IMG/VR virus record: IMGVR_UViG_3300024503_000015
Coordinates: 62,001-126,000 of that record
Direction: 5' to 3' (one strand)
DNA: 64,000 nucleotides
A program made the position numbers and the translations under genes. Below are positions 40,509 to 47,782 of the stretch, piece after piece; positions within the stretch are counted from its first letter, which is position 1; every line of letters starts with the position of its first letter. The notes below the pieces were generated by a model that made no database searches, was not told the DNA's origin, and worked only from the letters and a program-made list of their open reading frames with translations.

Positions 40509-40515
40509 TATTTAC
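40509..40515 (-). promoter_or_regulatory. Late promoter (GTAAATA)
   Basis: TAAATA core upstream of the head operon. Confidence 0.65.
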
Positions 40516-40524
40516 TATGTATAT

Positions 40525-40547
40525 AAAAAAACCGGTGCAAACCGGTT
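40525..40547 (-). terminator. Rho-independent terminator
   Basis: AACCGGT-TTGC-ACCGGTT followed by TTTTT. Confidence 0.8.
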
Positions 40548-40561
40548 CAAAATACGAAATT

Positions 40562-41137
40562 TTAATAAAATATCACAGACTTAAACTCATCATAAGTCAT
40601 TGTACTATAATTTTTGTATTTCTGCCACCCGAACTCTAATGCACCAGGTTCAGTAATTCTAATGTATTTAGTATCAGTAAATTCTTTAATAACAGATTCG
40701 GTTTGACGTTGCCAGTTACCATGAAATGTAGCAGGTTCTGTACTGCGTCTGTAGTTAGGAGTATCCGAGTAAACGTTGTTTAGTTTATCGTTGATTCCTT
40801 TATAGTCAAAGCCTAGAATATAGATTGTATCGTAGCCGTGTGTACTGGCCAGCCATAGTGCTGTAGGCCCACTACTCCAGCCTTTTGACGGGTTAAAAAA
40901 GTTTAAATCGTAGATATTTTTAAGTTTTGTATTGACGTTAGTCCATACTGGGATACGCCTGTGTACTGCTTTATCTGTGATTTCCAATACCATTTTGGCA
41001 TCTACTGCCACTAGATAATCTGGGTCACAGTCCCTGTACAATGCGTTACAGCCGTATAATTTGCCAAGAGCTTTTAGTCTGTTAGGTTCAATGGCCATAC
41101 GGCTACGACCATTGCCTAACACAAAGGCGTGATTCAT
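40562..41137 (-). CDS. Nucleotide-sugar transferase-like Rossmann protein (DUF115/Maf/CstII-like)
   Basis: AFVLGNG.S, YGCNA.YR..PDYLV.VD, SSG.TA and IYILGFD motifs. Confidence 0.55.
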   Translation of the reverse strand: MNHAFVLGNGRSRMAIEPNRLKALGKLYGCNALYRDCDPDYLVAVDAKMVLEITDKAVHRRIPVWTNVNTKLKNIYDLNFFNPSKGWSSGPTALWLASTHGYDTIYILGFDYKGINDKLNNVYSDTPNYRRSTEPATFHGNWQRQTESVIKEFTDTKYIRITEPGALEFGWQKYKNYSTMTYDEFKSVIFY

Positions 41138-41148
41138 GTATTAATTTA

Positions 41149-41388
41149 TCAAGCGGCTGGTGGAGGTGCCGCGTACATTCGAGCGATAAATTCTAGCTCT
41201 GCTTGAGTTTCTTTGACGTGTTGGTCGGATGCTCTACGTAACTCGTTGATTTGACCAAGAGTTAAACGAGTCTTGCGTGTGTCTTCTAAACCATTAAGGA
41301 CATCAGTATCACGTTTAGCCATGTACTTGTCGTCCTGCTCTAGTTCAGCAGTTTCACGATTAAAATAAAATAGTTCGCGTAGGATCAT
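41149..41388 (-). CDS. Small hypothetical head-module protein (79 aa)
   Basis: ORF right after the portal gene; RKTRLTL.QINELR motif; own late promoter. Confidence 0.65.
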   Translation of the reverse strand: MILRELFYFNRETAELEQDDKYMAKRDTDVLNGLEDTRKTRLTLGQINELRRASDQHVKETQAELEFIARMYAAPPPAA

Positions 41389-41393
41389 ATTAT

Positions 41394-41400
41394 TATTTAT
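41394..41400 (-). promoter_or_regulatory. Late promoter (ATAAATA) overlapping the portal stop codon
   Basis: TAAATA core 5 nt upstream of ATG 41388. Confidence 0.6.
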
Positions 41401-43106
41401 GCTGGTGGAGCGGCTGGCGCGGGAGCGGCACCTGGTGCTGGCGCACCGCCTTCTGCTCCTGCTTCAGGTGCCATACCTTCGGGTGCTGGTGTTTCTCCTG
41501 CCATAGCACTAGCATCTGCGGCAATGCCCGTTGGGCTTACACCTGCTGTACGCAATTCTCCTGCGGCATCCATTGCGTTAGACTTGGCCATACCGCTTTC
41601 TTCTTTCCACAGACGTTCGTTTTCTGCTAAGTCTTCGTCTGTCATACCTAAGAAACGTTTTAGTGCAAACCGTTTAGCAATAAATGGCAATGCTACTACC
41701 TGTGCAAAAGTACTGATACGTTGATTGTCTAACTCTGCTTGACGATATGCGGCAAAGTTTTGTGGACTTTGGAAACGAATATCAAACAAACTAAAGTCAA
41801 TGTTTACACCTTTGTTATACAAGAATAATTTAAATTCTGTATCAAATGTACTGATCATTAACGTTTGTAAACGCTCGCAATATTTGTTAAAACGTAGTTC
41901 TTGAATGTATGCTGTACCTACACGTCCATCATTAAATGCCGCTTGACTGTCATCTGCGCCTGTAGGCAAGTAACTGCTAGGAATACGTAGAGCTCGCATT
42001 AACTTGTTAGTAAAATACTTTAAGTCGTCGATTTCGCCCAGGTTAGTACCGCCCGGTAGCGTTTCAACTTTACTTCCACGACCTTCTGCTGTCTGTGGAA
42101 AGAAGTAGTCTTCATTGATAGACAACGGATTGTAAGCACTATCAATAGCACTGCCACCGCCTGTACTACTAGGAATACGTCTTTGATGAATCTCATTTTT
42201 AACTCTTTCAACAAAGCTCATGGCCAAGTGACTAGGCATATTGCCTACGTCAATGTAGAAAATTCTACGCTCTGGAGCACGTTGAATACGATAGATAATA
42301 ATAGCATCTTCCAGTAATTCTTTCTGTTTGTAAACTTTAAAAACAGATTCTAACAGCGAATTACCAAAAGGATAATTGTTGTCTAAGCCTTCACTTAGAC
42401 TAAGATGTACAACGTGTTTAGCATCAATAGCAAATTCATTTTGACTTTTGCTAAAACGTGTTCCTGACTGCTGAGGATATGATCCTGTCATACCGCGAGC
42501 ACCGCTGCCGCCTTGTGTATAAGCGGCACCACCAGGCTGTTGATTTTGTGTATTAGGATTAATCTGTGTTACAACTAAATCCTGTAAATTAATGTTTAAG
42601 TCGCGGATAACGTATTGTTCTGGCTTCTTGCCTTCGCTTTCGTTAACAATAATCTTTACAACTTTACCCGGATCAACGTAATACCATTTTTGTGTTTCTG
42701 GATCGCGTACAAAGAATCCGTCGCCGTATTTGAACAAGTTACGTGCAATACGGAACATACGTGTATCAAGTTTTTGTAACTTAGTCCACTGTTGTAGGTA
42801 TTCCTTTAAAATTTTAATTTCAGAATTTGTAGCACGATTTCTAAATTGTAATGTAAACGGTGTACCGTTTTCTTTATTTTTCTGTGTGCAAAACTCTGCT
42901 AGAATGTCCAATGCGGCATTAACTTCGCTGTCCCAATCCATGGTGTCGTACTGCATATAACGCTCAACACGATTTGGACTACCAGTGTAAACATCTGGAA
43001 GATAGGAACTATAGTTGGATCGTGCAGGACCAGGCTTTCCGCCTGCGCCGGATATCGGGCTAACGTTGCCTGTTGTTACTGGAGAGAAATGTCTTTTCCA
43101 ACTCAT
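41397..43106 (-). CDS. gp20: Portal vertex protein (T4 gp20 family)
   Basis: LLEDAIIIYRI.RAPERRIFYIDVGNMP, EDYFFP...GRGS.VETLPGG.NLG.IDD..YF..KL..AL.IP.S. Confidence 0.95.
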   Translation of the reverse strand: MSWKRHFSPVTTGNVSPISGAGGKPGPARSNYSSYLPDVYTGSPNRVERYMQYDTMDWDSEVNAALDILAEFCTQKNKENGTPFTLQFRNRATNSEIKILKEYLQQWTKLQKLDTRMFRIARNLFKYGDGFFVRDPETQKWYYVDPGKVVKIIVNESEGKKPEQYVIRDLNINLQDLVVTQINPNTQNQQPGGAAYTQGGSGARGMTGSYPQQSGTRFSKSQNEFAIDAKHVVHLSLSEGLDNNYPFGNSLLESVFKVYKQKELLEDAIIIYRIQRAPERRIFYIDVGNMPSHLAMSFVERVKNEIHQRRIPSSTGGGSAIDSAYNPLSINEDYFFPQTAEGRGSKVETLPGGTNLGEIDDLKYFTNKLMRALRIPSSYLPTGADDSQAAFNDGRVGTAYIQELRFNKYCERLQTLMISTFDTEFKLFLYNKGVNIDFSLFDIRFQSPQNFAAYRQAELDNQRISTFAQVVALPFIAKRFALKRFLGMTDEDLAENERLWKEESGMAKSNAMDAAGELRTAGVSPTGIAADASAMAGETPAPEGMAPEAGAEGGAPAPGAAPAPAAPPA

Positions 43107-43118
43107 TATTAATTCCTA

Positions 43119-45488
43119 TTATGCACTATTATTTGAAGTTTGTCTAGTGTATTTGGCTGTCTTGCTCAAATAATCCACAGCGTCTGATTGATGTGAGACT
43201 AATTGACTCATATTCATATTTAACTGATTTAACAGGTCTACCATCTCTTTGCTGGACGCATCGGATACTTTTACGTTTCCAGGTGCTCCTTCTTTTTGCT
43301 CAGACTTCATAGAGCTCTTGATGGTTTCGCTTAATTTATTAATGTTATTATTCAGTTGATCTAAATTAGTGTTATTCAAATCTTTAAATGCACTAGTTGT
43401 TGTAGTAATTTCTTCTCTAAGATTTTTTAATTTAATAACACCTGCATCGATACTTGAACCCACTGCCTCTGGGAACATTAATTTTGAATAATCTACATCC
43501 TTTAATGCCGTTTTAAGTGCATTAACTTCTTGATTTAACTTTGCTACAGGTTCGGCAGCATTTGTCTCTGGAGGTTTTGGTGCATTTGCTTTTGGTATTT
43601 CTGCACCAGGTACTGTATTTTTAGTATTTTCCGTTTGTGCATTAGCGGCCGCATTTGTTTTTGTCTTTAAAAAGTCTGGAGTTAGAAAATCAACAACTTC
43701 ATCTTTATAAATGATTAATCCTGCTGTTGTTGCTATTGCCCAGGCCCATGGATTCTTTATAGTGGAAACAATTTTTTCTAGTTTTCCGGCTTTTGCAACA
43801 TCTTCTGCGGCTTCTGCGGCTGCTCCTGGCTTAACTGGTTCTCCTTTAGGAGTTTTAGGTTCACCACCTTTAGGTTCACCGCCACCTTTTTTCATTTCTT
43901 CATATTTTTTATAATCCATGCCAGCGGCTTTTGCACCAGCATAACCTATTGCAGTACCTACACCAGCCTTAATAAGAGCATCTGCAATCTCTTTACCTAG
44001 TGCGGCTCCAAACAATACTGGAATTCTTGCGGCTGGATCTAACTTAGCAAATTTTTCAGCGGCTGCTTCTGCACCACTTGCCGCCGATTTTAATCCAGTT
44101 GCGGTTAAATCTAGTACGCCACTTTCAATAAATGACTTCTTAAATGAATTTTGTACATTAGTTAATGTCTGATCTAAACCTGCTACTGCTCTTGTTGGGT
44201 CTGTCTTAGATGCAGCCAGACGTTTTTCTTGTTCTTCCTTGGCCATTGCGGCTGCTTTTTGCGAGTCGCCCATGCCTTGTAATACTGCTTTACCTAACAT
44301 TGGAGTCATTTGACCCATAGTTGCCATTGCGGCGGCTGTTCTTCTTTCGCCTTCGCTGATATTTTCGCTGGCTTTGGCGGCTTTACTAAATCCAGCGTTC
44401 ATATCGTCGACAGCAGACTTAGATCCGTTAAAAATTTCTCGGCCCATTTTACTAGCATCAACGCCTGCACTTTGCATTGTCAATGCAAATTGTCTTGCTT
44501 CAGCAGTTACAGCAACACCACCGCCAGCAATAATATCTTTAAAGCCTGCGGCCATTTTACCAGTTGGATCTAGTTGTTCTAACTGTTTAATTTTAGCATT
44601 AACTGCCGCCTGTTGGTCTGCATCTAATTTGCCTAATGCTAATTTCATTCTAGCATCACGTTGAGATGATTTATTGGCTTCATCTATCTGTTGTCTAGAT
44701 AATCCTGTTGCCTTTGATAGTCTGTCTAGTTCTTCGTTATATTTTTCTTGACCTGCAACAATTTCATCAGTGCTCATCTTTGACAAGCGACCGTTGCGTT
44801 GTTGTTGTTCCATGTAACTAGCATTATATGTTGCTAGTTCATCCATACTAAATCCAAGCGCGGCAAATTTTTGACCGCTCTGTGCCATAAACTTGCCTTG
44901 TGTTTCAGCAAACTTAGTAGCACCAGCAGTGGCAGATCCAAACGCCATAGCCAGCGATTGGCTGTTTTCTTTTACAGTTTTTCCAAAAATTTCTAAAGGA
45001 AGTCTTGCTTCACCTGCTGATAGTTGTGCTTGTAACAATGAATCACCTAAGTCAATACCAGATCCACTTAGTGTTCTAAAAATTTGTATTTGATCTTCTA
45101 ATGTTCCGCCAAATTGCTGAACTACATCGCTAACGCCCTTGATGTTTGCGCCGGGCATTTGTGCCAGTACACCAGAAAAATCTTTAATTGTAGGAGTAGT
45201 ATTTGAAAATGTTTTAGCAAATGAGTCTGCACCAAGAGATACAGCATCTCCTGCTAGTTTCATTCGTGCCTTATATTCTTTTTCAGTTTCAGCACCTTTT
45301 CGCATTTGCTCAGCCCGAGCATCATTGTCTCCTGCGCCACCGCCACCGCCGGGCGTGGCACCAGGTTTTCCGCCTGCAGGTATTCCGCTTTTATTAATTG
45401 CCGCAAGTATCTGTCTAAGAGTCGAGTCTTCGGCAGCGTTTTCTACAATAACTGTTCCTACTCCAGGAACTATGGCTTTTACTGACAT
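43119..45488 (-). CDS. Tape measure protein (putative)
   Basis: 789-aa Ala/Gln/Met-rich helical protein, Y..ELD.LSK.TG.SR motif, adjacent to a frameshifted chaperone gene. Confidence 0.7.
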   Translation of the reverse strand: MSVKAIVPGVGTVIVENAAEDSTLRQILAAINKSGIPAGGKPGATPGGGGGAGDNDARAEQMRKGAETEKEYKARMKLAGDAVSLGADSFAKTFSNTTPTIKDFSGVLAQMPGANIKGVSDVVQQFGGTLEDQIQIFRTLSGSGIDLGDSLLQAQLSAGEARLPLEIFGKTVKENSQSLAMAFGSATAGATKFAETQGKFMAQSGQKFAALGFSMDELATYNASYMEQQQRNGRLSKMSTDEIVAGQEKYNEELDRLSKATGLSRQQIDEANKSSQRDARMKLALGKLDADQQAAVNAKIKQLEQLDPTGKMAAGFKDIIAGGGVAVTAEARQFALTMQSAGVDASKMGREIFNGSKSAVDDMNAGFSKAAKASENISEGERRTAAAMATMGQMTPMLGKAVLQGMGDSQKAAAMAKEEQEKRLAASKTDPTRAVAGLDQTLTNVQNSFKKSFIESGVLDLTATGLKSAASGAEAAAEKFAKLDPAARIPVLFGAALGKEIADALIKAGVGTAIGYAGAKAAGMDYKKYEEMKKGGGEPKGGEPKTPKGEPVKPGAAAEAAEDVAKAGKLEKIVSTIKNPWAWAIATTAGLIIYKDEVVDFLTPDFLKTKTNAAANAQTENTKNTVPGAEIPKANAPKPPETNAAEPVAKLNQEVNALKTALKDVDYSKLMFPEAVGSSIDAGVIKLKNLREEITTTTSAFKDLNNTNLDQLNNNINKLSETIKSSMKSEQKEGAPGNVKVSDASSKEMVDLLNQLNMNMSQLVSHQSDAVDYLSKTAKYTRQTSNNSA

Positions 45489-45512
45489 AATTTTTCCGTC
45501 AAAAACTGCGTA

Positions 45513-45520
45513 TATAAATA
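45513..45520 (+). promoter_or_regulatory. Late promoter (TATAAATA) for the gp26-like gene
   Basis: Exact T4 late consensus; GGAG RBS downstream. Confidence 0.75.
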
Positions 45521-45539
45521 TAATGACACAGCAGTATAT

Positions 45540-45546
45540 TATTTAG
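45540..45546 (-). promoter_or_regulatory. Late promoter (CTAAATA) for the tape measure-portal unit
   Basis: TAAATA core on the minus strand upstream of ATG 45488. Confidence 0.6.
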
Positions 45547-45561
45547 TTGGAGTAAAAACAC

Positions 45562-46428
45562 ATGGAAAATCAAGTAGCAGTACCGCAAAACCCGTTGAAG
45601 AAGTACTTTAGACAACCGAAGCTCTATGTTCGTTTGCCTAGTTCTGGTAATTTTTATCCACCAGGCACGTTAGAACCTACACAAAATATGGAGTTTCCAG
45701 TTTATGCTATGACTGCTAGAGATGAAATTTCTATTAAAACACCAGACGCATTGTTAAATGGTCAAAGTACTGTTGATGTTATTCAAAGTTGTATGCCTAA
45801 TATTAAAAATGCCTGGGCAATTCCTAGTATTGATATTGATGCTATATTAATTGCTATTCGTATTGCAACATATGGCGAACAAATTGATGTAGATATTGCT
45901 ATTCCAAACATATCAGAAACAAAAACGTATACTACTGACCTACGATTAGCGTTAGATAAACTGTTAGATGCTACATTTGATCCAGAAGTTCGAATTAATG
46001 ATGAATTAACTGCATTTTTACGTCCATTATCCTATGAAGAATTTACTAAAAGTTCTTTAAAAAGTTTAGAAGAACAACGAATTTTTACTATTGTTAACAG
46101 TCAAGAACTAACAGAAGAACAAAAGATTGCTCAATTTAATAAGAGTTTTAAAGCATTAACTGAAATTACCATGAGATCAGTGGCCAATGGATTAGTCAAA
46201 GTTGTTACGCCTGAAGGCGAAGTAAGTGATCCAGCATTTATTAAAGAGTTTATCGATAATGCTGACAAAGAATTTTATACTAAAATCATCGATCACTTGG
46301 AAAAACAACGCATTAAGTTTCAAATGCCGTCGTTTAAAATTCAAACTACAGCAGAAGAGCAAGCTCAAGGTGCTCCTGCTGAATTTGAAACTCCTATAGG
46401 ACTAGACGCTTCAAATTTTTTCGCGTAA
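45562..46428 (+). CDS. gp26: Baseplate hub assembly chaperone (T4 gp26-like)
   Basis: NPL..YFRQP...LPS.G.FY, V..MTA.DE, D.DAILIAIR.ATYGE motifs. Confidence 0.75.
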   Translation: MENQVAVPQNPLKKYFRQPKLYVRLPSSGNFYPPGTLEPTQNMEFPVYAMTARDEISIKTPDALLNGQSTVDVIQSCMPNIKNAWAIPSIDIDAILIAIRIATYGEQIDVDIAIPNISETKTYTTDLRLALDKLLDATFDPEVRINDELTAFLRPLSYEEFTKSSLKSLEEQRIFTIVNSQELTEEQKIAQFNKSFKALTEITMRSVANGLVKVVTPEGEVSDPAFIKEFIDNADKEFYTKIIDHLEKQRIKFQMPSFKIQTTAEEQAQGAPAEFETPIGLDASNFFA

Positions 46429-46652
46429 AGCTCTTCAGCCTAACACTCGAAGACGCACTAAGAGTAGTTGAGGGGCTAGATAAAGAAGCAAAGTCCATAA
46501 GAACCGAATTGTTTAAATTGTGCTGGTATATGAGAGGTAGCATCACCATAGATGACGCATTTGCATTATCCTATGAAGATCGTGAAATCATATCGAATAT
46601 TATCAAAGAGAATTTAGAAACTACTAAGAAATCAGGATTACCCTTTTTCTAA
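46419..46652 (+). CDS. -1 frameshift extension of the gp26-like chaperone (gp51-like segment, 77 codons)
   Basis: Slippery heptamer T TTT TTC at 46416-46422 just before the 0-frame stop; -1 frame open to TAA 46650-46652 (FRVKLF...LCWYMRG...KENLETTKKSGLPFF) with no RBS-linked start at its 5' end. Confidence 0.7.
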   Translation, partial: FRVKLFSLTLEDALRVVEGLDKEAKSIRTELFKLCWYMRGSITIDDAFALSYEDREIISNIIKENLETTKKSGLPFF

Positions 46653-46659
46653 TACTTCA

Positions 46660-46745
46660 AGATTCACTGCGTTCATCTGTTCATCGCTTCGCTCGAACTA
46701 TTTGTTTTATTTTAATTATAGAGCATTATTAAGTGCGAAGCACTT
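46660..46745. other. Cluster of ssDNA-type mini-hairpins flanking an AT-rich tract (possible origin/priming site)
   Basis: Minus strand GTTC-GA-GC-GAA-GC-GA-T-GAAC and AGAT-GA-AC-GCA-GT-GA-ATCT; plus strand AAGTGC-GAA-GCACTT; 46699-46720 has one G in 22 nt. Confidence 0.5.
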
Positions 46746-47095
46746 TAGCATTATCCAGATTGTTCAGTCACACTTCGCCCGCACAGGGCAAAGTTAAAAA
46801 CATTATCCGAGTTGCACAATGTCACACAGCGTTAGAGCATTACAGTGGCGGTTGTCCGGTACCACGAGCTCCGTCTTATCACAACGGCGGTAAACAAATA
46901 TACGCTATCATACTTGCTTACGTGAGGTTTTTCTCCTCTCCTTGAGCCTTTTCTTCTTAAAACAGCAAAACCGCGGCAATTTGCGATCCTCGTCCTGTTA
47001 AGGATAGTTGCTGAGTACTCTTAACGGCAAGAGAATTCCGTCCCTGCGACCCGAGGTCCAGGTATAGAGCGCACGAATTTAGCCTGCGCTAGCCA
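46746..47095 (-). ncRNA. Candidate large structured non-coding RNA downstream of GIY-YIG nuclease
   Basis: At least nine hairpins; about 47% GC by hand count over 46741-47100, clearly above the flanking genes; several stems need G-U pairs that work only on the minus strand. Confidence 0.6.
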
Positions 47096-47539
47096 TTAAC
47101 CGTTTGATTTTGCCTGTGCTTGTTCTAATAAACGCTGTCTTAGTATATTTGATCCGCCTACTCTAACATTAATAATACCGTTATAGTAGTCGTCAGTTTC
47201 TAAAACCCTACGTTCGAACTGCTCTCTTGCCTCTAGATAAGACATTTCTGCCTTGGATTTGCAAAAATAAAGTATTTCTCTTGTGAATTTTTCTGGACCT
47301 AGTGCGTGGACGTCTGCTTGTAATCTCTCAGATGAGCCCCAATATTCGCGCCAATCGCTTTCTACTGTGCTACGTCTTTTGAGTTTTTTGCCTTTGAGTG
47401 GTGGTTTTGTACGCTTAAACTGTGCTAGTTTTTTGCCTATATATTTCTGTCCAGATTGGTTGTTAGTGATGAGATAAACAAAGCCTATAACGCCTTCGGG
47501 TATTTCTTCAACTAATACATTTTGATAGTGCCACGACAT
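47096..47539 (-). CDS. GIY-YIG family endonuclease (standalone, short)
   Basis: GFVYLITN...KYIGKK, Y.GSS, F.REIL..C, E...Q and YYN motifs; likely start ATG 47539 (MSWHY). Confidence 0.8.
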   Translation of the reverse strand: MSWHYQNVLVEEIPEGVIGFVYLITNNQSGQKYIGKKLAQFKRTKPPLKGKKLKRRSTVESDWREYWGSSERLQADVHALGPEKFTREILYFCKSKAEMSYLEAREQFERRVLETDDYYNGIINVRVGGSNILRQRLLEQAQAKSNG

Positions 47540-47554
47540 GCACATATATACCAG

Positions 47555-47782
47555 TTACTCTGAATCATCTTGTGTCGTTTTGGCCTTTTTGTTTAATCGC
47601 CGCTGTGCCTGTATTTCCATTCGCCTTTTTGTGCATAAATCGCGTATGTCTCGCAGATATTCGCGAGCCTGTTGACTGGATGCAAAGTATCCATAACGTT
47701 CAAATCGTTCGTTCCAGCGTGAATATTCGATAAACGCTTTAACTAACTGGTCGTGAGTGTCGTCTTTGATGTCGTCAGTCAT
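47555..47782 (-). CDS. Small basic helical protein (Hc1/histone-H1-like phage family, tentative)
   Basis: E.F..G...S..AR..L.DI..L...RR.EIQ pattern. Confidence 0.45.
   Translation of the reverse strand: MTDDIKDDTHDQLVKAFIEYSRWNERFERYGYFASSQQAREYLRDIRDLCTKRRMEIQAQRRLNKKAKTTQDDSE

Noticed and set aside
46749-46827. CRISPR or TIGR array
   Set aside because: Only two units, and no cas or Nop-domain gene in the window; kept only as a symmetric motif.
46733-46945. 70-aa plus-strand ORF in the non-coding tract
   Set aside because: GTG start without RBS, atypical composition; the region is better explained by minus-strand RNA structure.
46653-47095. Group I/II intron, tmRNA or RNase P identity for the structured tract
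   Set aside because: No interrupted host gene, no recognisable P7 or domain V, no tRNA-like ends or tag ORF, no RNase P GAGGAAAGUCC core. A GTGCG is present but nothing else supports a group II intron.
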